A DNA stretch of 64,000 nucleotides. Origin: Eledone cirrhosa (Eukaryota). Location of the stretch: contig OZ024744.1 of assembly GCA_964016885.1 (NCBI GenBank), positions 126,356,001 to 126,420,000 of the forward strand, read 5' to 3'. Of this stretch, positions 25,271-35,619 are shown piece after piece. The notes under the pieces were generated by a model. That model saw nothing but the letters and a program-made list of their open reading frames with translations. It was not told the origin of the DNA and made no database searches. The translations under genes and the position numbers were made by a program. Positions within the stretch are counted from its first letter, which is position 1. Each line of letters begins with the position of its first letter.

Positions 25271-25660
25271 AACGATACAATCCGCCCACGTGGCGCCAGA
25301 AAGGGAGAAGAAAAGAAAAGTTAGACGCCGCCGATCGATCGGTTCGTTGTTTTACGTGTACACAGCTTGTGTGTGTGTCTGTATGTGATACAAGCCGCCT
25401 ATCCGTCTTCCAAGTAAGTTTTGTGTGTAGACTGCGGAAAGAAATCCAATCCGCCGTCTAGGCGGTTCTGCCGCCGACCCATACTTTTGCGAGTCGCTCC
25501 CGGGAAAGACAGGCGGCAAGACGGCGTGTATACACGACGCCTTCCGTCTTCCGCCTCGAACCCGGGCAAACGTTCCTTTATTCGTCCACGCCTTCCCGCT
25601 TCGATCGCGAGAAAGTAATCAATCTGTTTTGTGTGTGTGTCTGTGTGTGATACAAATTTG
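25271..25660 (+). other. 3' ETS / spacer-like CpG-rich segment
   Basis: CpG-rich sequence right after the 28S 3' end, with a duplicated tgtgtgtgtgtctgt(a/g)tgtgatacaa motif at ~25368 and ~25632. Assignment is by position. Confidence 0.4.
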
Positions 25661-25697
25661 TTTTCTTAATTTGATAACCATGAATTGTTTCAACACC

Positions 25698-25713
25698 GGC
25701 CCTTTTAAGGGCC
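25698..25713 (+). promoter_or_regulatory. Replication-dependent histone mRNA 3' stem-loop motif (orphan)
   Basis: caacacc-GGCCCT-TTTA-AGGGCC-ac has a 6-bp stem, a 4-nt loop and A/C-rich flanks, fitting the SLBP-binding consensus. No histone CDS upstream. Confidence 0.5.
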
Positions 25714-25889
25714 ACTTATATTTTCAATAATCAGTTTAAATGGGTTGCACCGTAGCCACTTGGTAATACACTGCAAATCTCCCGTCAATCTATGAAGGTT
25801 TTGTAGTAGATTAGATCAAAACACAATCAGCAAGACAGTAATGGAATGAATAATATAAACATTTGTTTATAATTAAAGCCTTAAGATGT

Positions 25890-25938
25890 CCCTCCCTCCC
25901 TCCCTTCCTCCCTTCCTTCCTTCCTTCCTTCCTTCCTT
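25890..25938. repeat. (CCCT)/(CCTT)n microsatellite
   Basis: Read directly from the sequence. Confidence 0.9.
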
Positions 25939-26004
25939 ACGATATACACTTTAATAACATTGAAACTTATTTAATAAGTTTAAATTTTAAACACTTTTTA
26001 TTCA

Positions 26005-26138
26005 GACGTACCGCGATAAGTAACTAGATATGTTCTAACGAATAATCCGCGATGTGGCGAGGATTACCGCGATAGGAAATTAGATACGTTCCAAAGAAAT
26101 ATCCGCGAAAAGTGAACCGCGATATAGCGGGTTCACCA
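26005..26138. mobile_element. Possible Tigger/pogo-like MITE terminus fragment with internal duplication
   Basis: accgcgata...gata(t/c)gttc..aatccgcga occurs twice, ending gtgaaccgcgatatagcgggttcac (hairpin). Resembles pogo/Tigger subterminal sequence from memory only. Confidence 0.3.
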
Positions 26139-26139
26139 G

Positions 26140-26200
26140 CCAGTGTATTACTGGTACTTTATTTTATCGACCCCCATAAGGATGAAAGGCAAAGTTAACT
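26140..26200 (-). mobile_element. SINE fragment
   Basis: Reverse complement of the gttaactttgcctttcatcc...ggggtcgataaaataaagtaccagt motif. Confidence 0.6.
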
Positions 26201-26300
26201 GTGCAATAACAAAGGGAGATAACCTCGTCTTTTTTTTTTTACGGAGTTATTTCCCTTTAAATTTTATCTATTACTTATGATGATACAATTTAATCAGTTC

Positions 26301-26425
26301 TTAGCTGTCGAGACACTGCATCCTTTAAAACCTCCATGGAACAAGCTACCTGCAACAGTTGTTAGCTGTCGAGACACTGCATCTTTTAAAACCTCCATGG
26401 AACAAACTACCTGCATCAGTTGTTA
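26301..26425. repeat. 61-bp tandem duplication
   Basis: ttagctgtcgagacactgcatc... at 26301 and 26362. Confidence 0.9.
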
Positions 26426-26484
26426 GGGTCTGAGTTCAAATCACGCCGAGGAGGTTAACTTTGCCTTTCATCCTTACGGGGTCG
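26425..26484 (+). mobile_element. SINE fragment
   Basis: tctgagttcaaatcacgccgagg..gttaactttgcctttcatccttacggggtcg. Confidence 0.65.
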
Positions 26485-26694
26485 GTCGGAAAACGAACCA
26501 TTCCCGGTTCGCTTTCGAAGCGGGTTTCCGAAAACAGCGCTTCTCTCGACCGGGCCCGTCGTCCGCTCGGCGGTGGTTTTCATCGTCCCAGGCACGGCTA
26601 ACAGGCGGAGACGGGACAAACGCGCGTGTTCCTTTTTTTATCAGCCGCAGCGCCGTTCGTATATATGCTTAGGTTGTTTTTTTTTTAAATATCC

Positions 26695-26925
26695 TAAGTT
26701 AAGTTGGGGCTAAGTTAAGTTGGGGCTAAGTTAAGTTGAGGTTAAGTTGAGTTGGGGTTAAGTTAAGTGGGGGTTAAGTTAAGCTGGGGTTAAGTTAAGT
26801 TGAGGTTAAGTTAAGTTGGGGTTAAGTCAAGTTGGGGTTAAGTTAAGTTGGGGTTAAGTTAGGTTGGGGTTAAGTTAGGTTGGGGTTAAGTTAAGTTGGG
26901 GTTAAGTTAGGTTGCGGTTAAGTTA
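26695..26925 (+). repeat. G-rich telomere-like 16-bp repeat (TTAAGTTAAGTTGGGG)n with TTAGG variants, ~14 units
   Basis: Read directly from the sequence. G-rich strand is +. Confidence 0.85.
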
Positions 26926-29900
26926 CATTCGCCGCCGGACTTCAGCTTCCTCATTTAGCATGGGCAGTTTTTCTTGAAAATCACACCACACACAGCAAAT
27001 GTGTGTCCGCACATGTACCAGTAATTACAGATCGATTCCGGTGAAAATTCACTGAAAACGGGCCATCCGGCCCTGTGCGTCGATCGTGGGCCGGCCGGAT
27101 GTTGACGGATCGATGTGTAATTAGAAGTACATGTGCGGACACTCATTGGCTGTGCGTGGTATGCATTTCAGCAAGATATCTCCGTAACATCAAGAGTTAT
27201 GGCTGTGGAGGCACACCTAGTCAAACGTAAACAAGGTCTGGAGCGTTTACGCTTCGCGATTTTGTTTACGTTTGACTAGGTGTGCCTCCACAGCCACAAC
27301 TCTTGATGTTACGGAGATATCTTGCTGAAATGCATACCGCGCACAGCCAATGAGTGTCCGCACATGTACTTCTAATTACACATCGATCCGTCAACATCCG
27401 GCCGGCCCACGATCGACGCACAGGGCCGGATGGCCCGTTTTCAGTGAATTTTCACCGGAATCGATCTGTAATTACTGGTACATGTGCGGAGACACATTTG
27501 CTGTGTGTGGTGTGATTTTCAAGAAAAACTGCCCATGCTAAATGAGGAAGCTGAAGTCCGCCGGCGAATGGTGTGCTTCGAAGAAAACTAATTCGAAAAT
27601 GACCGTTTGCAGGCGGAGTAACCTTTTCGATCGTGGGCCAGCCGCCCGTGGTGGGATCCATCTGTAATTACTGGTACATGTGCGGACATACATTTGCTGT
27701 GTGTGGTGTGATTTTCAAGAAGAACTGCCCATGCTAAATGAGGAAGCTGAAGTCCGCCGGCGAATGGTGTGCTTCGAAGAAAACTAATTCGAAAATGACC
27801 GTTTGCAGGCGGGGTAACCTTTTCGATCGTGGGCCAGCCGCCCGTGGTGGGATCCATCTGTAATTACTGGTACATGTGCGGACACACATTTGCTGTGTGT
27901 GGTGTGATTTTCGAGAAAGACTGCCCATGCTAAATGAGGAAGCTGAAGTCCGCCGGCGAATGGTGTGCTTCGAAGAAAACTAATTCGAAAATGACTATTT
28001 GCCGGCGGAATCACCTTTTCGGTCCTGGTCCGGCCGGATCTTGCCGGATCGATCGGAAATTTGTGGACCATGTTCGGAAGGCCATTGTGCATGTGTGGTG
28101 AAAAAAATTTGTGTCGAAATCTTCTCGGAAAATAACGGATCGCCGGCGGAGATTGCCATTTCGATCGTGGGCCGGCCGGATCTTGTCGGATCGATTCGGA
28201 CATATGTGCATCGTGTTCGCAAGGCCCTTGTCTATGTGTGGTGTGATTTTCATAAAGAAATTCCGAAAAACCCAGTTTTAAATCTGATTTCGCCAAAGAA
28301 TTTTGGCTATCCGATCGGGTTGAAAGGTATGGTTTCAGGTCGATCTGAAAGTCTAAAATGGAATTCACTCGGTTAGCTAACTATTGATATTTCGGAGATA
28401 TCTTTCTGAAAATCACACCACACACTCCCAATGAGTGTCTGCACATGTACCAGTAATTACAGATGGATCCCACCACGGGCGGCCGGCCCACGATCGAAAA
28501 GGTTACTCCGAAGCACACCATTCGCCGGCGGAATTCATTTAGCATGGGCAGTTTTTCTCGAAAATCACACCACACACAGCCAATGAGTGTCCGCACATGT
28601 ACCAGTAATTACAGATGGATCCCACCACGGGCGGCTGGCCCACGATCGAAAAGGTTACTCCGCCTGCAAACGGTCATTTTCGAATTCGTTTTCTTCGAAG
28701 CACACGATTCGCCGGCGGACTTCAGCTGCCTCATTTAGCATGGGCAGTTTTTCTCGAAAATCACACCACACACAGCAAATGTGTGTCCGCACATGTACCA
28801 GTAATTACAGATCGATTCCGGTGAAAATTCACTGAAAACGGGCCATCCGGCCCTGTGCGTCGATCGTGGGCCGGCCGGATGTTGACGGATCGATGTGTAA
28901 TTAGAAGTACATGTGCGGACACTCATTGGCTGTGCGTGGTATGCATTTCAGCAAGATATCTCCGTAACATCAAGAGTTATGGCTGTGGAGGCACACCTAG
29001 TCAAACGTAAACAAGGTCTGGAGCGTTTACGCTTCGCGATTTTGTTTACGTTTGACTAGGTGTGCCTCCACAGCCATAACTCTTGATGTTACGGAGATAT
29101 CTTGCTGAAATGCATACCACGCACAGCCAATGAGTGTCCGCACATGTACTTCTAATTACACATCGATCCGTCAACATCCGGCCGGCCCACGATCGACGCA
29201 CAGGGCCGGATGGCCCGTTTTCAGTGAATTTTCACCGGAATCGATCTGTAATTACTGGTACATGTGCGGAGACACATTTGCTGTGTGTGGTGTGATTTTC
29301 AAGAAAAACTGCCCATGCTAAATGAGGAAGCTGAAGTCCGCCGGCGAATGGTGTGCTTCGAAGAAAACTAATTCGAAAATGACCGTTTGCAGGCGGAGTA
29401 ACCTTTTCGATCGTGGGCCAGCCGCCCGTGGTGGGATCCATCTGTAATTACTGGTACATGTGCGGACATACATTTGCTGTGTGTGGTGTGATTTTCAAGA
29501 AGAACTGCCCATGCTAAATGAGGAAGCTGAAGTCCGCCGGCGAATGGTGTGCTTCGAAGAAAACTAATTCGAAAATGACCGTTTGCAGGCGGGGTAACCT
29601 TTTCGATCGTGGGCCAGCCGCCCGTGGTGGGATCCATCTGTAATTACTGGTACATGTGCGGACACACATTTGCTGTGTGTGGTGTGATTTTCGAGAAAGA
29701 CTGCCCATGCTAAATGAGGAAGCTGAAGTCCGCCGGCGAATGGTGTGCTTCGAAGAAAACTAATTCGAAAATGACTATTTGCCGGCGGAATCACCTTTTC
29801 GGTCCTGGTCCGGCCGGATCTTGCCGGATCGATCGGAAATTTGTGGACCATGTTCGGAAGGCCATTGTGCATGTGTGGTGAAAAAAATTTGTGTCGAAAT

Positions 29901-32900
29901 CTTCTCGGAAAATAACGGATCGCCGGCGGAGATTGCCATTTCGATCGTGGGCCGGCCGGATCTTGTCGGATCGATTCGGACATATGTGCATCGTGTTCGC
30001 AAGGCCCTTGTCTATGTGTGGTGTGATTTTCATAAAGAAATTCCGAAAAACCCAGTTTTAAATCTGATTTCGCCAAAGAATTTTGGCTATCAGATCGGGT
30101 TGAAAGGTATGGTTTCAGGTCGATCTGAAAGTCTAAAATGGAATTCACTCGGTTAGCTAACTTTTGATATATCGGAGATATCTTTCTGAAAATCACACCA
30201 CACACTCCCAATGAGTGTCTGCACATGTACCAGTAATTACAGATGGATCCCACCACGGGCTGCCGGCCCACGATCGAAAAGGTTACTCCGAAGCACACCA
30301 TTCGCCGGCGGAATTCATTTAGCATGGGCAGTTTTTCTCGAAAATCACACCACACACAGCCAATGAGTGTCCGCACATGTACCAGTAATTACAGATGGAT
30401 CCCACCACGGGCGGCTGGCCCACGATCGAAAAGGTTACTCCGCCTGCAAACGGTCATTTCGAATTCGTTTTCTTCGAAGCACACGATTCGCCGGCGGACT
30501 TCAGCTGCCTCATTTAGCATGGGCAGTTTTTCTCGAAAATCACACCACACACAGCAAATGTGTGTCCGCACATGTACCAGTAATTACAGATCGATTCCGG
30601 TGAAAATTCACTGAAATCGGGCCATTCGGCCCTGTGCGTCGATCGTGGGCCGGCCGGATGTTGACGGATCGATGTGTAATTAGAAGTACATGTGCGGACA
30701 CTCATTGGCTGTGCGTGGTATGCATTTCAGCAAGATATCTCCGTAACATCAAGAGTTATGGCTGTGGAGGCACACCTAGTCAAACGTAAACAAGCTCTGG
30801 AGCGTATACGCTTCGCGATTTTGTTTACGTTTGACTAGGTGTGCCTCCACAGCCACAACTCTTGATGTTACGGAGATATCTTGCTGAAATGCATACCACG
30901 CACAGCCAATGAGTGTCCGCACATGTACTTCTAATTACACATCGATCCGTCAACATCCGGCCGGCCCACGATCGACGCACAGGGCCGGATGGCCCGTTTT
31001 CAGTGAATTTTCACCGGAATCGATCTGTAATTACTGGTACATGTGCGGACACACATTTGCTGTGTGTGGTGTGATTTTCAAGAAAAACTGCCCATGCTAA
31101 ATGAGGAAGCTGAAGTCCGCCGGCGAATGGTGTGCTTCGAAGAAAACTAATTCGAAAATGACCGTTTGCAGGCGGAGTAACCTTTTCGATCGTGGGCCAG
31201 CCGCCCGTGGTGGGATACATCTGTAATTACTGGTACATGTGCGGACACACATTTGCTGTGTGTGGTGTGATTTTCGAGAAAGACTGCCCATGCTAAATGA
31301 GGAAGCTGAAGTCCGCCGGCGAATGGTGTGCTTCGAAGAAAACTAATTCGAAAATGACTATTTGCCGGCGGAATCACCTTTTCGGTCCTGGTCCGGCCGG
31401 ATCTTGCCGGATCGATCGGAAGTTTGTGGACCATGTTCGGAAGGCCATTGTGCATGTGTGGTGAAAAAAATTTGTGTCGAAATCTTCTCGGAAAATAACG
31501 GATCGCCGGCGGAGATTGCCATTTCGATCGTGGGCCGGCCGGATCTTGTCGGATCGATTCGGACATATGTGCATCGTGTTCGCAAGGCCCTTGTCTATGT
31601 GTGGTGTGATTTTCATAAAGAAATTCCGAAAAACCCAGTTTTAAATCTGATTTCGCCAAAGAATTTTGGCTATCAGATCGGGTTGAAAGGTATGGTTTCA
31701 GGTCGATCTGAAAGTCTAAAATGGAATTCACTCGGTTAGCTAACTTTTGATATATCGGAGATATCTTTCTGAAAATCACACCACACACTCCCAATGAGTG
31801 TCTGCACATGTACCAGTAATTACAGATGGATCCCACCACGGGCGGCCGGCCCACGATCGAAAAGGTTACTCCGAAGCACACCATTCGCCGGCGGAATTCA
31901 TTTAGCATGGGCAGTTTTTCTCGAAAATCACACCACACACAGCCAATGAGTGTCCGCACATGTACCAGTAATTACAGATGGATCCCACCACGGGCGGCTG
32001 GCCCACGATCGAAAAGGTTACTCCGCCTGCAAACGGTCATTTTCGAATTCGTTTTCTTCGAAGCACACGATTCGCCGGCGGACTTCAGCTGCCTCATTTA
32101 GCATGGGCAGTTTTTCTCGAAAATCACACCACACACAGCAAATGTGTGTCCGCACATGTACCAGTAATTACAGATCGATTCCGGTGAAAATTCACTGAAA
32201 ACGGGCCATTCGGCCCTGTGCGTCGATCGTGGGCCGGCCGGATGTTGACGGATCGATGTGTAATTAGAAGTACATGTGCGGACACTCATTGGCTGTGCGT
32301 GGTATGCATTTCAGCAAGATATCTCCGTAACATCAAGAGTTATGGCTGTGGAGGCACACCTAGTCAAACGTAAACAAGCTCTGGAGCGTATACGCTTCGC
32401 GATTTTGTTTACGTTTGACTAGGTGTGCCTCCACAGCCACAACTCTTGATGTTACGGAGATATCTTGCTGAAATGCATACCACGCACAGCCAATGAGTGT
32501 CCGCACATGTACTTCTAATTACACATCGATCCGTCAACATCCGGCCGGCCCACGATCGACGCACAGGGCCGGATGGCCCGTTTTCAGTGAATTTTCACCG
32601 GAATCGATCTGTAATTACTGGTACATGTGCGGACACACATTTGCTGTGTGTGGTGTGATTTTCACGAAAAACTGCCCATGCTAAATGAGGAAGCTGAAGT
32701 CCGCCGGCGAATGGTGTGCTTCGAAGAAAACTAATTCGAAAATGACCGTTTGCAGGCGGAGTAACCTTTTCGATCGTGGGCCAGCCGCCCGTGGTGGGAT
32801 ACATCTGTAATTACTGGTACATGTGCGGACACACATTTGCTGTGTGTGGTGTGATTTTCGAGAAAGACTGCCCATGCTAAATGAGGAAGCTGAAGTCCGC

Positions 32901-34120
32901 CGGCGAATGGTGTGCTTCGAAGAAAACTAATTCGAAAATGACTATTTGCCGGCGGAATCACCTTTTCGGTCCTGGTCCGGCCGGATCTTGCCGGATCGAT
33001 CGGAAATTTGTGGACCATGTTCGGAAGGCCATTGTGCATGTGTGGTGAAAAAAATTTGTGTCGAAATCTTCTCGGAAAATAACGGATCGCCGGCGGAGAT
33101 TGCCATTTCGATCGTGGGCCGGCCGGATCTTGTCGGATCGATTCGGACATATGTGCATCGTGTTCGCAAGGCCCTTGTCTATGTGTGGTGTGATTTTCAT
33201 AAAGAAATTCCGAAAAACCCAGTTTTAAATCTGATTTCGCCAAAGAATTTTGGCTATCAGATCGGGTTGAAAGGTATGGTTTCAGGTCGATCTGAAAGTC
33301 TAAAATGGAATTCACTCGGTTAGCTAACTATTGATATATCGGAGATATCTTTCTGAAAATCACACCACACACTCCCAATGAGTGTCTGCACATGTACCAG
33401 TAATTACAGATGGATCCCACCACGGGCGGCCGGCCCACGATCGAAAAGGTTACTCCGAAGCACACCATTCGCCGGCGGAATTCATTTAGCATGGGCAGTT
33501 TTTCTCGAAAATCACACCACACACAGCCAATGAGTGTCCGCACATGTACCAGTAATTACAGATGGATCCCACCACGGGCGGCTGGCCCACGATCGAAAAG
33601 GTTACTCCGCCTGCAAACGGTCATTTTCGAATTAGTTTTCTTCGAAGCACACCATTCGCCGGCGGACTTCAGCTTCCTCATTTAGCATGGGCAGTTTTTC
33701 TTGAAAATCACACCACACACAGCAAATGTGTGTCCGCACATGTACCAGTAATTACAGATCGATTCCGGTGAAAATTCACTGAAAACGGGCCATTCGGCCC
33801 TGTGCGTCGATCGTGGGCCGGCCGGATGTTGACGGATCGATGTGTAATTAGAAGTACATGTGCGGACACTCATTGGCTGTGCGTGGTATGCATTTCACTA
33901 AGATATCTCCGTAACATCAAGAGTTATGGCTGTGGAGGCACACCTAGTCAAACGTAAACAAGGTCTGGAGCGTTTACGCTTCGCGATTTTGTTTACGTTT
34001 GACTAGGTGTGCCTCCACAGCGACAACTCTTGATGTTACGGAGATATCTTGCTGAAATTCATACCACGCACAGCCAATGAGTGTCCGCACATGTACCTGT
34101 AATTACACATCGATCCGACG
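26926..34120. repeat. Palindromic satellite block 1 (units 1780/1779/1584/1584 bp; 196-bp monomers in alternating orientation)
   Basis: Mirror-image ORF pairs give symmetry centres at ~27248, 29028, 30807, 32391 and 33975. Arms are near-perfect over more than 400 bp (28615 pairs with 29441). Confidence 0.93.
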
Positions 34121-34202
34121 ACGGACAGAGTATTCGGTTTATTTTCTTGACATATTTCTTTACATATTGTCCAGGCATGCACTTTTTCCATGATTAGTTC
34201 TG

Positions 34203-34259
34203 TTGACGGCCCGCTTTCCAAAATACCTTATCCTGTGCAACGCCGGGTACCACTGCTAG
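34203..34259 (+). mobile_element. Helitron-like 3' terminus closing the palindromic satellite block (also 49209-49265 and 63313-63369)
   Basis: cctgtgcaacgccgggtaccactgCTAG|t: subterminal GC hairpin followed by CTAG and T, abutting a (TA)n tract. Confidence 0.65.
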
Positions 34260-34478
34260 TATATATATGTGTATGTATATATATATATATATATTGGTAA
34301 ACGGAATAGAAAATTGTGACAAATTGTTCACAGTGAAAAATAGTTTAATTAGGAATAAGTGATAATTAGTAATAGTATTGGTTAGTATTAAGTTTTGGTT
34401 TTAAGTTTTACCGGTTGCGCATTTCTAATGCTTTTCAAAAATAATTTTGAGATAGAGCGTCCGTGATGTTTGCTCTGA

Positions 34479-34482
<4 letters not shown>

Positions 34483-34525
<43 letters not shown>
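34483..34525. repeat. (TA)n microsatellite (also ~49489-49531 and ~63593-63635)
   Basis: Read directly from the sequence. Confidence 0.95.
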
Positions 34526-34530
<5 letters not shown>

Positions 34531-34680
34531 AACAGTAGAAAGGAAAAAGATTTTTTCAGTAGAAATTGCTGAAGAGATTCTTTCAGTGTAATTTCAAAAC
34601 ATTAATTTATTTATAAAGTGGATATTTCCACATTTAATAATGGCACTGGGTTCAGCATTATATACATTGTCAATTGTGGA

Positions 34681-35010
34681 TTCTACTTTTGGCACAAGGG
34701 CTGCAATTATCCAGTACATTACTGGTACTTTATTATTTATACAAATAATAATTGTTTCTACTTTTGGCACAAGGGCAGCAATTACCCAGTACATTACTGG
34801 TACTTTATTATTTATACAAATAATAATTGTTTCTACTTTAGGCACAAGGTCAGCAATTACCCAGTACATTACTGGTACTTTATTATTTATACAAATAATA
34901 ATTGTTTCTACTTTAGGCACAAGGTCAGCAATTACCCCAGTACTTTATTTTATCGACCCCGTAAGGATGAAAGAAAAGTTAACCTCAACGGGATTTGAAC
35001 TCAGTCTGTA
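34681..35010 (-). repeat. 75-bp tandem repeat (~3.5 copies) derived from and continuous with a SINE end (also 49687-50016 and 63791-64000)
   Basis: ttctacttt(t/a)ggcacaagg at 34681, 34756, 34831 and 34906, running into cagtactttattttatcgaccccgtaaggatgaaag...gatttgaactcag. Confidence 0.8.
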
Positions 35011-35619
35011 AAGGGAGGTAACTGCTGGATTAATTTGGTTAATTAAGTTAACAGAAATTATGAACCGGTTTCTACAGAGCCTTCTGGACATTTAACCCTT
35101 TAGCATTTAAACCAGCCATACCTAGCCAGAATACTCTCACATCTTTCTGTTCAAACCAGCCATAACTGGCCACTCATACTGACGTTAAGGTATTGTTCTC
35201 AATATAAATAATATCAAAATCTCATAGATTCGATATTATATGAGATAATTATGTAAGATAAAGCCTTTACCACAAAAATACAATAGTATATATAGAGTAA
35301 TAAAAATGCTAAAGGGTAAAAGTAGCTTATTATTTTGTGAGCTCTTGCTACTTATTGCTCTTGTGCATCAAGAACATACACAGCTTACATTTTGTTGCTA
35401 ATCTCACTGAGATCCAACTACATCTCTTGTTTATCCATAGTTTGGAATTTCTACCTACTCCTTTCCTTTAGAATGATCAAGGCCATTTTCTTGTGGGGAT
35501 CTAGGCCCTGTTTTCCTTTCTATTTTGCCAAGTTATCTTACATCACTTTCATTCTAGACCATGCTTCCAGGTTTGGAATTTCTCCTCTAATTTTACCACA
35601 GATTAAGTGACAAGGGTTC

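Noticed and set aside
27200-27300. Parvovirus-like ITR or protelomerase (telRL-type) target
   Set aside because: No NS1/Rep, capsid or protelomerase ORF is present and the loop shows no flip/flop inversion. The resemblance is only generic palindromy.
34594-35011. Overlapping repetitive ORFs (108-126 aa)
   Set aside because: They result from the 75-bp (25-codon) tandem repeat.
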